Virus record (IMG/VR): IMGVR_UViG_3300032138_000008
Coordinates: 23,670 to 87,669 of that record
Direction: 5' to 3' (one strand)
DNA from: a virus
Taxonomy: Duplodnaviria; Caudoviricetes
DNA: 64,000 bases
Shown here: in pieces, positions 47,638 to 58,078 of the stretch
Numbering within the stretch: position 1 is the stretch's first letter
Layout: the number at the start of each line of letters is the position of its first letter
Made by a program: the position numbers and the translations under genes
The notes under the pieces: model-generated
The model's database searches: none
Seen by the model: only the letters and a program-made list of their open reading frames with translations
What the model was told of the DNA's origin: nothing

Positions 47638-49014
47638 ATGCTCACTGAAAATGTGAATTTTGGAAGGTATGGAAAGTCCTTCCAAGAGGGACTAGTACAG
47701 CTTATTTTTGAAGACAGACCGTTCGCGGATCAGATTACTGAAGTACTAGATACACAGTTTCTTGAACTTGAATATCTGCGTATATTTGTCTCGAAAGTGA
47801 TCGACTACAGAACCAAATACGGTACTCACCCATCCGTCGAAGCCATGATTACTATTCTCCGCACTGAAATGGATGGTGAAGACGAAGTCTTGCAGAACCA
47901 AGTGCGTGAATACTTTGCCCGTATTCATACACGAGAGATGTCCGACATTGAATATATTAAAGAGACCTCCCTCGATTTCTGCAAAAAGCAAAACCTTAAA
48001 GAAGCCATGATGAAGTCTGTAGGTCTGCTTCAGAACTGCTCTTTCGATGAGATCTCTACCGTTATTAACGAGGCACTTAAGCTCGGTTCCGATAACAACT
48101 TTGGCTATGATTATCTCGCTGACTTTGAGGAACGGTTCAAGGTTAAACACCGCGCCCCGGTTACCACCGGCTGGAAAGAAATTGATACCATCACTGGCGG
48201 TGGCTTGGGCAAGAGTGAGTTGGGCGTTGTCATCGCCCCCACAGGCGCCGGCAAATCTATGGCTCTGGTTCACTTGGGCGCCCAGGCCATCAAGGAAGGC
48301 AAGACTGTCGTTCACTATACTTTAGAGCTACAGGACACTATTATTGGTACCCGCTACGATAGCTGCATCACTGGCTATCCTCTCTCCGATATCCGCAATT
48401 TCAAAGAGGATATCTATGAAGAGATCAAGCAGCTTGATGGTTCCCTCATCGTCAAGGAATATCCTACCAAATCAGCCTCCACTAACACCATACGGTCACA
48501 CCTGTCGCGTCTTGTTAAAAGAGATATTAAGCCCGGTCTTATTATCGTAGATTATGCGGATCTGCTTAAGCCCGTAATTGTGCGCAAAGAGAAGCGAAAT
48601 GAACTTGAGTCCATTTATGAAGAGCTTCGCGCCCTATCAACAGAATTCAAGTGTCCCATTTGGACAGCCTCACAGACTAACCGTTCTGGGCTCAATGCCG
48701 AAGTCATTACGATGGAGCAGATTTCCGAAGCATTCAACAAGTGTTTCGTTGCCGACTTTATCTTTTCGATCTCCCGCACGATTGAAGACAAGCAGAACAA
48801 CCAAGGAAAAATCTTCATTGCCAAAAATCGCAATGGACCCGATGGCATTATTTATCCTATCTTCATGGATACCTCCAATGTCAAGATTCAAATCCTCCCA
48901 AAAGCCACGATGCCCACAATGGCATCTGGAGTTGCAACAAGCCCCGTGGCGCTGGGAGTAAAGCAGCAGCAAGAATTGTTGCGCCAAAAATATACTAAAC
49001 TAAAAAGGAAATAG
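47638..49014 (+). CDS. replicative DnaB-like helicase (gp41-like)
   Basis: Walker A APTGAGKS, YTLEL, IIVDYADL, WTASQTNR and IAKNRNG. Confidence 0.93.
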   Translation: MLTENVNFGRYGKSFQEGLVQLIFEDRPFADQITEVLDTQFLELEYLRIFVSKVIDYRTKYGTHPSVEAMITILRTEMDGEDEVLQNQVREYFARIHTREMSDIEYIKETSLDFCKKQNLKEAMMKSVGLLQNCSFDEISTVINEALKLGSDNNFGYDYLADFEERFKVKHRAPVTTGWKEIDTITGGGLGKSELGVVIAPTGAGKSMALVHLGAQAIKEGKTVVHYTLELQDTIIGTRYDSCITGYPLSDIRNFKEDIYEEIKQLDGSLIVKEYPTKSASTNTIRSHLSRLVKRDIKPGLIIVDYADLLKPVIVRKEKRNELESIYEELRALSTEFKCPIWTASQTNRSGLNAEVITMEQISEAFNKCFVADFIFSISRTIEDKQNNQGKIFIAKNRNGPDGIIYPIFMDTSNVKIQILPKATMPTMASGVATSPVALGVKQQQELLRQKYTKLKRK

Positions 49015-49019
49015 AGAAG

Positions 49020-50981
49020 ATGAGAACCCACATTCGCCGATTCAGATTATCAGATACATTCTTGGAGCCCTACAAGGCAAAGGAAGTTCCATGGGGGCCG
49101 CTAGGATATGTTACGTTTAAACGCACTTATTCACGACGGTTGAATGAATTTGAGCCCGAAGCTACAGGATCGGAAGAGTGGTGGCAAACGTGCAAGCGCG
49201 TCATCGAAGGCATGTTCGCCATGCAAAAGGACCATGTGTTCTTGCTCGGTCTTGAATGGAACGACGCAAAGGCACAGCGCACCGCCAAGGAAGCCTATGA
49301 CCGGCTGTTCAATCTAAAGTGGACACCACCTGGACGTGGCTTGTGGATGATGGGCACTAAGTTTGTGGAGGAGAAGACTGCCGCAGGACTTTTTAACTGC
49401 GCCTTCCGTTCTACTAAAGATCTCTCCCACAAGGGCGGCTATCTGTTTGCATGGATGATGGACGCATTGATGCTCGGCATCGGCGTCGGTTTCGACACCG
49501 AAGGTGCAGGCACCCTTACCATTAAAGAACCCCAGCACACCAATGACACCCTTGTCATTGACGACTCGCGCGAAGGCTGGGTGGATTCGGTTCACCTTCT
49601 CCTTGACGGCTATTTCTTTGGGGGCAAAGTACCCAAATTTGATTACTCTGCCATCCGCCCCGCCGGCGCACTTATCAGCGGATTTGGTGGCACATCTAGC
49701 GGACACGCTCCCCTAAAAGAACTGCACGAAAACCTTGTTAAACTCTTTAAGGACAAGGTAGGCGAAGCGATTACCTCCGTCGACATTGTGGATACCGAGA
49801 ATCTTATCGGACGCTGCGTTGTCTCCGGGAATGTCCGTCGCTCTGCCGCCCTCGCAATGGGTCGCCATGACGATAGACTATACTTGGAGATGAAGAACGA
49901 TGATGAAAAGCTTTATCATCACCGCTGGGGATCAAACAACTCTTTCCACGCCGTGGTAGGCATGGACTACGAATGGCACGCGGCTCAAAGCCAAGCCAAC
50001 GGAGAGCCCGGCTACATCTGGCTCGACAACGCTCGCACTCGCGGCCGCTTTAAGGACGGCGAACGATTCGATGACACTAACGTTGCTGGCTTTAACCCCT
50101 GCGTAGAACAACAGCTTGAAGACGCAGAACTGTGCTGCCTCGTCGAAACCTTCCCAGCGCGCCATGATAATCTTGAAGATTACTTGAGAACATTAAAGAT
50201 CGCCTACCTATATGGCAAGACCATCACGCTCTCCAATACTCATTGGCCCGAGACCAACGCGAAGATGCTCAAGAACCGACGCATTGGGCTGTCACAGTCC
50301 GGCGTTGTCCAGGCTTTCCAAAAGCATGGCCGTCGTGAAATGTATCAATGGTGTGATCATGCCTATCAATATGTAGCAGAGTTGGACGAAGAATATTCTA
50401 ACTGGCTGTGCATCCCTAAGTCTATTCGCACTACGTCAATCAAGCCATCGGGAACTGTCTCTCTTTTGAACGGCTCTACTCCTGGCATTCACTTTCCCGA
50501 AGACGAATACTACATTCGACGTATTCGATTCTCCGAAGATTCAAAAGTACTTGACAAGCTGCGCACAGCGGGCTATACTATTGAAAAGGATAAGTACTCT
50601 CCCCGCACCATGGTGGTAGAGTTCCCCGTTCATGAGCCACACTTTACCAAGAGCAAGCGAGACGTCAGCATGTGGGAGCAGCTTGAAATCGCTGCGCAAT
50701 ATCAACATTACTGGGCCGATAACTCTGTGTCTGTCACCGTTACCTTCAAAGAAGCAGAAGCTCACCAGATTAAGGATGCTCTAGAGATGTACGAGACGCG
50801 CCTTAAAGCCGTATCGTTCCTCAAATATGAGGAAACAGGATATGTCCAGGCACCTTATGAATCAATTACCAAAGAAACTTATGAAAAGATGAGTGCTGTT
50901 ATCACCCCCTTGAGGCGGATGGACGACCACGATGGCGGGAGCGGCACCAAATTTTGTACAAACGATACATGCACAATTTAG
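49020..50981 (+). CDS. nrdJ: class II (B12-dependent) ribonucleotide reductase, monomeric RTPR type
   Basis: TFKRTYSR, PPGRGLW, FNCAF, GNVRRSA, FNPCVEQ, LCCLVE, RRIGLS and IKPSGTVS. Confidence 0.9.
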   Translation: MRTHIRRFRLSDTFLEPYKAKEVPWGPLGYVTFKRTYSRRLNEFEPEATGSEEWWQTCKRVIEGMFAMQKDHVFLLGLEWNDAKAQRTAKEAYDRLFNLKWTPPGRGLWMMGTKFVEEKTAAGLFNCAFRSTKDLSHKGGYLFAWMMDALMLGIGVGFDTEGAGTLTIKEPQHTNDTLVIDDSREGWVDSVHLLLDGYFFGGKVPKFDYSAIRPAGALISGFGGTSSGHAPLKELHENLVKLFKDKVGEAITSVDIVDTENLIGRCVVSGNVRRSAALAMGRHDDRLYLEMKNDDEKLYHHRWGSNNSFHAVVGMDYEWHAAQSQANGEPGYIWLDNARTRGRFKDGERFDDTNVAGFNPCVEQQLEDAELCCLVETFPARHDNLEDYLRTLKIAYLYGKTITLSNTHWPETNAKMLKNRRIGLSQSGVVQAFQKHGRREMYQWCDHAYQYVAELDEEYSNWLCIPKSIRTTSIKPSGTVSLLNGSTPGIHFPEDEYYIRRIRFSEDSKVLDKLRTAGYTIEKDKYSPRTMVVEFPVHEPHFTKSKRDVSMWEQLEIAAQYQHYWADNSVSVTVTFKEAEAHQIKDALEMYETRLKAVSFLKYEETGYVQAPYESITKETYEKMSAVITPLRRMDDHDGGSGTKFCTNDTCTI

Positions 50982-50991
50982 GAGGTGATGT

Positions 50992-51273
50992 TTGTTCCAA
51001 CCAGTCAATAGGTACGTCTTAGTTCAGTTACCTAGCACATTAGAAAACACAACAGATAGCGGGATTGTTTTGCCTGCTGACTTCAAGCCCGAAGAAGCTA
51101 GGCATGTAGTAGCAGTGGTTACTGCGTGGTCCGAGGATGTACGCTTTGCTGATCGTCTTGAAGCCGGTAGCAAAGTGGTTGTCGATAAGTCGATGATAGA
51201 AGAAATAATGATCAATAATCAGCCAATTAGCGTCGTGCTCGATAATTATATCATAGGCATTGTTGAAAAATAA
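50992..51273 (+). CDS. GroES-like co-chaperonin
   Basis: FQPVNRYVLV, mobile loop TTDSGIVLP and C-terminal IIGIV. TTG start after GGAGG. Confidence 0.75.
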   Translation: MFQPVNRYVLVQLPSTLENTTDSGIVLPADFKPEEARHVVAVVTAWSEDVRFADRLEAGSKVVVDKSMIEEIMINNQPISVVLDNYIIGIVEK

Positions 51274-51290
51274 CGCGAGGTGCGAATGGA

Positions 51291-52247
51291 ATGGCAATTG
51301 ACAAAAACTTTTATAACGAATCCTCTGCAGCCAATTTAGGCTGGGATCCCACATGGTTTGGGGAAAAGTATTATGACGATAAACTCATTCGCTCCGTTAA
51401 AAAATGGCAACGCGTACGCGGACTTGCGCCTGATGGGCTGGTCGGCCCTGCTACCTTCCGCCGTATATGGACAGAGCGCCAAGCCGACATCGATGAATAC
51501 AAGCCCGACACTCCTACCTATTCTAACTACATTGTATACAATGGTAACTTCATTGCGATTGATTGGGACAAGGTGGTATTGTGGTCAGAGAATGGCGGAC
51601 TTAAAGCCAGCCCCCGAAGCCACTATGACTACAGTGGCCGCCCCGGCCGCGCCATCCGCTACTTTGTTAATCACTGGGACGTGTGTTTGAGTTCCGGCGC
51701 CTGCCAAAAGGTGCTGGATAATCGCGGTATCTCCGTGCATTTCCTTATCGACAACGACGGCACCATCTACCAGACCATCGACATGCAACATGGTTGCTGG
51801 CATGCCGGCAGCGAAAGAGCCAACCGTGCGTCTGTGGGAGTCGAGATCTCTAATGCTTATTATCCTAAGTATCAAGATTGGTATGTGCGCAATGGTCATG
51901 GTGAACGTCCCATGATCGAGGGGGTGCGATGTCAAGGAGAAGAACTGGATCCGTTCATGGGCTTCTATCCCGTTCAAATTAGGGCCCTCAAGCAATTGTG
52001 GAAAGCTATTCATAAAGGCTTGGACATTCCGTATAACGCCCCTCTTAATCAGTTCGATAACACGGCCACCAAATATGTGCAGGATGTTAAGTACGGAGAT
52101 TTTCGTGGCTTTGCCAGTCACTATCATGTTTCCAAAAACAAGATTGATTGCGCAGGATTAGACATCAAAGCGCTTCTCGAAGAGACTGAAGACGAGGAAA
52201 AGAGTGGGTACAGCAGCGCTAGCACCGTCTGTGAAGATGATTCTTGA
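51291..52247 (+). CDS. modular endolysin: PG-binding domain + N-acetylmuramoyl-L-alanine amidase (Amidase_2)
   Basis: VKKWQRVRGLAPDGLVGPAT (PG_binding_1), plus HWD, SVHFLIDNDGTIYQ, WHAG, N..SVGVEI and HYHVSKNKIDC. Confidence 0.85.
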   Translation: MAIDKNFYNESSAANLGWDPTWFGEKYYDDKLIRSVKKWQRVRGLAPDGLVGPATFRRIWTERQADIDEYKPDTPTYSNYIVYNGNFIAIDWDKVVLWSENGGLKASPRSHYDYSGRPGRAIRYFVNHWDVCLSSGACQKVLDNRGISVHFLIDNDGTIYQTIDMQHGCWHAGSERANRASVGVEISNAYYPKYQDWYVRNGHGERPMIEGVRCQGEELDPFMGFYPVQIRALKQLWKAIHKGLDIPYNAPLNQFDNTATKYVQDVKYGDFRGFASHYHVSKNKIDCAGLDIKALLEETEDEEKSGYSSASTVCEDDS

Positions 52248-53118
52248 ATATGATGAGATAGTAATTGGAAGTAATTTGACCGCCGTCTTATACGCGTTCA
52301 ACAATAACCTTCCTATTTTCTTCAGTCGGGTCCAGCAGCCCTTTCGATTTGATTATCTGGACGCTGACTTAGACTTAGCTTGTGTGAGGATGAAAAACAC
52401 CACCAGCGAACTTCTCTCCCACGAGGGCAAGATTAACGTTGGGCTGCCCAAAAAATTGCTTTGGGAACGATTGTTGTTTGCAATTTCTCTCGCAGGCAGG
52501 GCGCCCTTAAGCAACCTCTGTGAGGGCATGAGACACAATGGGCACTCCCTGATCTGCTCCAATGCTTATTCCAAGATAGCCGAGGTTAAATTTCAAAAAG
52601 CTTATTACTTTGGGGATGATCATTGTTCTGGTCTAATAACAGAAAAAACACTTGCCAATCCCTCGTATATATGTTATGATTGGATAGCATTCAATCGTGG
52701 AGGCAAGCATGAAATCGATCTTATTGAGACCACAGATAATTTTGTCAGCAAAATCTGGTTTTATCCTACAGATCGCGTTGACGGCAATTCTCCTGTCAAG
52801 GATGCTTGTTTAGTTTCCAGGCTCACACACGAACAGCTATTAGATTTTGACTACTCGCAAACCATGGCGAGATTTAAAATGATAGCAGAGATGCGAGATA
52901 GAGGAATGAGAGGACTTTTTAATGGCTATTCCCCCACAGGTAATCCGAAATATTATAATTTTAGAACTTCTATCATCGGCCGAGAGACAAGCACGGAACC
53001 GTCGCACCCACGTTCCGCTATCTCCACGCTGGAGGTTCCAAGAATTGAAGAAGAAACTTTACTCCAAGATTTACCACAGGCTTGTGTGGGATACGATAGA
53101 CTTTTAGAGAATTTATGA
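52237..53118 (+). CDS. hypothetical protein with degenerate Rossmann-like N-terminus
   Basis: YDEIVIGSNLTAVLYA resembles the beta-alpha-beta of FAD/NAD oxidoreductases but lacks GxGxxG. Confidence 0.45.
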   Translation: MILEYDEIVIGSNLTAVLYAFNNNLPIFFSRVQQPFRFDYLDADLDLACVRMKNTTSELLSHEGKINVGLPKKLLWERLLFAISLAGRAPLSNLCEGMRHNGHSLICSNAYSKIAEVKFQKAYYFGDDHCSGLITEKTLANPSYICYDWIAFNRGGKHEIDLIETTDNFVSKIWFYPTDRVDGNSPVKDACLVSRLTHEQLLDFDYSQTMARFKMIAEMRDRGMRGLFNGYSPTGNPKYYNFRTSIIGRETSTEPSHPRSAISTLEVPRIEEETLLQDLPQACVGYDRLLENL

Positions 53119-54017
53119 GTGATGGGCGCCACACACATCTAGCCGGCATCATACCGTTGGCTAACCTGACTACTGATTTTGATCTCCCTATGCCCGAGTG
53201 CCTTATGCCAGTGGACCCTGGCTTTACCGCCATCCAGAAAGCAGTATTTGAGTGCGCCGTCGCAGGATGTCAGACCATATGGGTTGTGGCTAACGACGAT
53301 CTCGCGCCCTTAGTAAAGAAAGTGGTCGGAGAGTGGACCTATGATCCCGTCTACTACTCCCGCTCGCACAGCATCTTTCCCAGTGAGCACCGCAAAGAGA
53401 TTCCCATATATTATGTGCCCATCCACCCCAAAGATCGAGACCGTCGCGATTCCTATGGGTGGTCAGTACTCCATGGTATCAACTCTGCGTGGAGGGTGGC
53501 TAATATTATTTCCCGTTGGGTGGTTCCCGATAAGTACTTCGTCACATTTCCAATGAGTGCCTATAACGTATATGCTCTCAGAAATTTCCGAGCAAAAATC
53601 TCAGATTTTGAAAATAACTTTTTTTTAACTCATGATGGCAAAACTGTAAAGGATAATGAACACTTGGCGTTTACTATGTTTAGTGAAGACTTCATTCAAT
53701 GCCGCCGCCATGTGAACAAAACTACCACGAGAGAGTACTTAAATCCTGGGCCCGATGAAAAATACCCCCAAGAGAAGCTGCCCCTTACAGAAAGGTGGTC
53801 CGCCAGGGGGTTTGACTTCGCGACTATCTTTGAGAAGATTAATGAAAAGAATTCACACAAAATGGACATCGATTGGTATTATGACATCTCTAAGTGGTCA
53901 GAATATCAAGCCTTCATGGGTTCAGAAAACTTCATACAAAAACCATCAAAAAGCTTGACAAAAGCACACACACATGTTAAATTACCATATAGAGAGGGAG
54001 AATTAAATGACGATTAA
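53115..54017 (+). CDS. divergent sugar-nucleotidyltransferase-like (NTP_transferase fold) protein
   Basis: LAGIIPLA...CLMPV...IQKAVFECAVAGCQTIWVV parallels the GT-A NTP-transferase N-terminus but lacks GxGTR. Confidence 0.5.
   Translation: MSDGRHTHLAGIIPLANLTTDFDLPMPECLMPVDPGFTAIQKAVFECAVAGCQTIWVVANDDLAPLVKKVVGEWTYDPVYYSRSHSIFPSEHRKEIPIYYVPIHPKDRDRRDSYGWSVLHGINSAWRVANIISRWVVPDKYFVTFPMSAYNVYALRNFRAKISDFENNFFLTHDGKTVKDNEHLAFTMFSEDFIQCRRHVNKTTTREYLNPGPDEKYPQEKLPLTERWSARGFDFATIFEKINEKNSHKMDIDWYYDISKWSEYQAFMGSENFIQKPSKSLTKAHTHVKLPYREGELNDD
53955..53983 (+). promoter_or_regulatory. sigma70-type promoter of dnaE
   Basis: TTGACA-17 nt-TAAATT, inside the 3' end of the upstream gene. Confidence 0.65.
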
Positions 54018-57000
54018 ATTCGTGGGCCTTCACGCCCACAGTGTAGCAGGATCCATTTTTGATGCAATCGGGTACCCCGATGCTCACATGGATTTTGCTT
54101 TTGAGAACGGGAGCGATGCGCTAGCGCTCACGGACCATGGAAACATGAACGGACTAGCGGGACAGGTTCTGCATGCCAAGAAGATGCAGGCAGAGGGCAA
54201 AGACTTTAAACCGATTTTCGGCGTCGAGGCTTACTTCATTCCGTCTATTGAAGAATGGCGAGAAGAATATGAAACAGCCATGGCCGACAAGAAACGCGCC
54301 AGATCCGCCAAGAAAGACGCGGCATCAGGTGCGACCGTAGAAGATGAGACAGACAGTAAGAAGCTTCAAGGGCTTCTGCGCCGTCGTCGCCATCTTATTC
54401 TATTGGCACAAAACCAGACAGGGCTTAATAACCTTTTCAAGCTCGTTTCAGAGAGCTACCAAAGCGAGAACTTTTATCGCTATCCTCGCATGGACTATGC
54501 GTTGCTAGAGAAGTATGGTGAGGGGGTAATCGCTGCCTCCGCTTGCCTCGGTGGGGTCTATGCAGGAAACTATTGGGAGAATGGGATTTACGATGATGAG
54601 GGCAACCGCACCGGAGTCGACCGCGAAGCGACGCTGGACGCCATGCGCACTACCACTCGTCGAATGCAAAAAGCTTTCGGTGATCGCTGGTATGGCGAGC
54701 TACAATGGAACAATATTAAAGAGCAGCACGAACTTAACCAACTGATCATTCAGGTTGCAGAAGAGTTCGACATGAAGCTCATTTCCACAGCCGACAGTCA
54801 CTACCCGAACCGCACTGCATGGAAGGATAGAGAGCTATACAAGCGCCTAGGCTGGCTCGGAAAAGGAACTCCATCCTGGGGCGAGGGTGGAGAATTACCC
54901 GCCGGTGTAGAGGAGATTGGATACGAACTGTATCCCAAGAATGGCGACCAAATGTGGGAGAGCTATCAGAGCTACTCTAAGAGCCAGGGCTTCGACTATG
55001 ATGATGACTTGGTCATGAACAGCATTACAGAAACCCACCACATCGCACACGAACGCATCGAAAGCTTTTTTCCAGATACAACCGTGCGTCTTCCGGACTT
55101 TGTTGTGCCCGCCGGTACGACAGCCACACAGGCGCTCGTTAACTATGCGCTTGAAGGCTTGCGCGAACGCGGCTTGAACGATGACAAAGAATATCTAGCG
55201 AGACTCAAGCGTGAACTAGACGTTATTGATGACCGAGGCTTCTCCAAGTATTTCTTGACGATGAAAGCTATCGCCGACGAAGCCACCAAGCAAATGCTTG
55301 CTGGTCCTGGCCGAGGGTCAGCCGCTGGCTCGCTGGTCGCTTACGCCCTTGGTATTACACAAGTTGATCCCATCAAGTATAACCTTCTGTTCTCGCGCTT
55401 TCTGCGTTCAGACGCAACTGACTATCCTGATATCGATTATGATGTATCCGATAGCATGGAGTTGAAAGAACGATTGGTCGAGATGTGGGGAGAAGATTGT
55501 GTAGCCCCAATCTCTAACTGGAACACTTTGCAGTTGAGATCTCTCATCAAAGATATCTCCAAACTTTATGGCATTCCATTCACAGAAGTCAACAACGTCA
55601 CGAGCGTCATGATGAGAGAAGCCACACCCGACGCCAAGCGCAAGCATGGTATTAAGGCTGGTGTCTATGCACCAACTTGGGAAGAGGTAATGGAATTTTC
55701 CGTCACACTCCAGGCTTTCCTTCAGAAGTACCCGGAGGTCAAGGCTCGTGTTGAAGGGCTTGTGGGGCAAGTACGCTCCTGCTCTCGACATGCTGGCGGT
55801 GTTGTCATCGCTGAAGATCTTGACCGACATATGCCATTGATTAACTCTGGTGGTGTGCGACAGTCGCCATGGAGCGAGGGGCAGAACGTTCGACACCTAG
55901 AGCCGATGGGGTTCATTAAGTTCGATTTGCTCGGACTCTCGACATTAAAGATGATGGAAGGTTGCATCGAGCATATCTTGCGCCGTCATCATGGCGTAGA
56001 AGAGCCGACCTTCGAAGACGTCCTAGACTACTATAATAAGCACCTCCATCCAGATGTGATTGACTTTGATGATCAGGCTGTCTATGAAAACATCTTTCAC
56101 CAAGGCAAATGGGCTGGTGTCTTTCAGTTCACGGAGCAAGGAGCGCAAAGCTTTTGCACGAGAGTGAAGCCGACCAACATCATTGATGTCTCAGCTATCA
56201 CTTCTATCTTCCGTCCAGGTCCACTGTCGGCCGGGGTTGATGTTGATTACGTTGAGGCGAAGAATCATCCCCAGTATGTATCGTATCTATCTTCCGAAGC
56301 ACAGGAGATCACCGAAGAGACTTTCGGCTTCCTTATCTTCCAGGAGCAGATTGCGTTGCTGGCTCACAAGCTTGGCGGACTCACTCTTGATGAAGGCAAC
56401 ATCCTGCGCAAGGTACTGACCAAGAAGGGTACCGGCAAGAACAGCGTCAAGGCGAAGCTACACACCAAGTTTATCAAGGGATGCACGGCCAAGAAGATTG
56501 ACCGAGATAAGGCTGAAGATCTCTGGAACAAGTTTGAGTATTTCTCTGGCTATGGCTTCAACAAGTCTCATGCCGTTAGTTACAGCATCATCTCTTATCA
56601 GTGCGCATGGTTGTGGAATTATTATCCTTCTGAGTGGATGGCTGCGTTCTTGGACAAAGAGCCCGAGACCAGAAAAGAAAAGGCAATCAACATCGCCAAG
56701 AAGTATGGCTTTAAGATTGCACCACTGGACATCAACAAGTCCGGCACAGTATGGGAGATTAGTGACGACGGCAAGACCCTTATCCAGCCTTTGACTTCAA
56801 TCAAAGGCTTGGGGATGTCTGCCATCGACCAAATCCTAGAGCATCGGCCCTTCAAGAATGCCGAAGATCTTCTGTTCCGAGAGGGAGTGTCCTACAGCAA
56901 GTTTAACAAGAAGGCGCTCGATGCGCTGACACGCGGTGGCGCCGTTGACGAGATCATGGATGATCGATTCACAGGACGCAAACACTTCTGGTCTGCATGC

Positions 57001-57447
57001 GTTGTAGAACGACCCAAGAACTTGAAGAAGTTGCTGGAGAACATTGAAACCTATCGACCTGAAGGCGACTTTAGCGAGGCAGAAATCATCCAGTTCAAGA
57101 CAGAGCTTACGGGAGTGTTCCCTATTAACCTTGTGATTAAAACCGAGACAGTCGAAAAGCTTCAGGAAAAGTTTATCCCACCAATCTCTGAGTTTGATAC
57201 GGACTTAGAAGTGTGCTGGTTTATTCCGCGCAAGATTACACCGAAGAAAACAAAGAATGGAAAATTGTATTGGATTGTTGAGACTATCGATTCAAACAAT
57301 GAGTTGACCAAGATCCGCTGTTGGGGCGTTAAACCTGAGAAAGACACCATCTTTTTGAACCGTCCCTACATGGCCAAGCTGCGCTATGATGAACAATGGG
57401 GATTTTCTACTTACGCAATTGGGAAGACTTTCAGATTGTTGGGCTAG
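54007..57447 (+). CDS. dnaE: DNA polymerase III alpha subunit (family C)
   Basis: PHP motifs LHAHS, LTDHGNM, FGVEAY and TADSHY. Also GPGRGSAAGSLVAY, YPDIDYD, HAGGVVI, KFDLLGL and YGFNKSHA. Confidence 0.95.
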   Translation: MTIKFVGLHAHSVAGSIFDAIGYPDAHMDFAFENGSDALALTDHGNMNGLAGQVLHAKKMQAEGKDFKPIFGVEAYFIPSIEEWREEYETAMADKKRARSAKKDAASGATVEDETDSKKLQGLLRRRRHLILLAQNQTGLNNLFKLVSESYQSENFYRYPRMDYALLEKYGEGVIAASACLGGVYAGNYWENGIYDDEGNRTGVDREATLDAMRTTTRRMQKAFGDRWYGELQWNNIKEQHELNQLIIQVAEEFDMKLISTADSHYPNRTAWKDRELYKRLGWLGKGTPSWGEGGELPAGVEEIGYELYPKNGDQMWESYQSYSKSQGFDYDDDLVMNSITETHHIAHERIESFFPDTTVRLPDFVVPAGTTATQALVNYALEGLRERGLNDDKEYLARLKRELDVIDDRGFSKYFLTMKAIADEATKQMLAGPGRGSAAGSLVAYALGITQVDPIKYNLLFSRFLRSDATDYPDIDYDVSDSMELKERLVEMWGEDCVAPISNWNTLQLRSLIKDISKLYGIPFTEVNNVTSVMMREATPDAKRKHGIKAGVYAPTWEEVMEFSVTLQAFLQKYPEVKARVEGLVGQVRSCSRHAGGVVIAEDLDRHMPLINSGGVRQSPWSEGQNVRHLEPMGFIKFDLLGLSTLKMMEGCIEHILRRHHGVEEPTFEDVLDYYNKHLHPDVIDFDDQAVYENIFHQGKWAGVFQFTEQGAQSFCTRVKPTNIIDVSAITSIFRPGPLSAGVDVDYVEAKNHPQYVSYLSSEAQEITEETFGFLIFQEQIALLAHKLGGLTLDEGNILRKVLTKKGTGKNSVKAKLHTKFIKGCTAKKIDRDKAEDLWNKFEYFSGYGFNKSHAVSYSIISYQCAWLWNYYPSEWMAAFLDKEPETRKEKAINIAKKYGFKIAPLDINKSGTVWEISDDGKTLIQPLTSIKGLGMSAIDQILEHRPFKNAEDLLFREGVSYSKFNKKALDALTRGGAVDEIMDDRFTGRKHFWSACVVERPKNLKKLLENIETYRPEGDFSEAEIIQFKTELTGVFPINLVIKTETVEKLQEKFIPPISEFDTDLEVCWFIPRKITPKKTKNGKLYWIVETIDSNNELTKIRCWGVKPEKDTIFLNRPYMAKLRYDEQWGFSTYAIGKTFRLLG

Positions 57448-57455
57448 TTAGTAAT

Positions 57456-58061
57456 ATGAACGTCATCAAAAACTTCAGCCCTCTTCTTAAAGATAAAGAG
57501 TTTATTGAGGATCTCCCGGTTGTTATTCGGGTGAGGAAGTTCGATGAGTCTGCAGCCAAAGAATTTTCGGCGGCTGTTTCCAAGGCCCAGAACACAGGAC
57601 AACCCATCTTGCCGGTCGTCATTGATAGTTACGGAGGGCAAGTTTATAGTCTGATGTCGATGATCTCCGATATACGCGCCTCGCGCATCCCTGTGGCTAC
57701 CATCGTCCAAGGCAAAGCGATGTCGTGCGGAGCGCTTCTTTTTAGCTTTGGCACCGAAGGTCATCGGTATATGGACCCCGACGCCACCGTCATGATTCAT
57801 GATGTAAGTTCCATGTCGTGGGGAAAGGTTGAGGAGATTAAAGCCTCCGCCGACGAAACCGAGAGATTAAACCAAAAGGTATACAAAATGATGGCCAAAA
57901 ATTGTGGACATCATGAGGATTACTTTCTCGACATCATTCATGAAAAAGGTCATGCTGATTGGTTTTTAGAATCAGATGAGTGCCTCAAGCACAACCTTAC
58001 TAATCATACGCATGTTCCCCGCTTGAAAATTGAAGCCCGAGTAACGTTCGACTTTAAGTAG
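57456..58061 (+). CDS. ClpP-like serine protease (triad appears intact)
   Basis: IDSYGG, GKAMSCG (Ser), VMIHD (His) and ADWFL (Asp). Confidence 0.85.
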   Translation: MNVIKNFSPLLKDKEFIEDLPVVIRVRKFDESAAKEFSAAVSKAQNTGQPILPVVIDSYGGQVYSLMSMISDIRASRIPVATIVQGKAMSCGALLFSFGTEGHRYMDPDATVMIHDVSSMSWGKVEEIKASADETERLNQKVYKMMAKNCGHHEDYFLDIIHEKGHADWFLESDECLKHNLTNHTHVPRLKIEARVTFDFK

Positions 58062-58078
58062 GGGAGCTAGCGCGGTCA

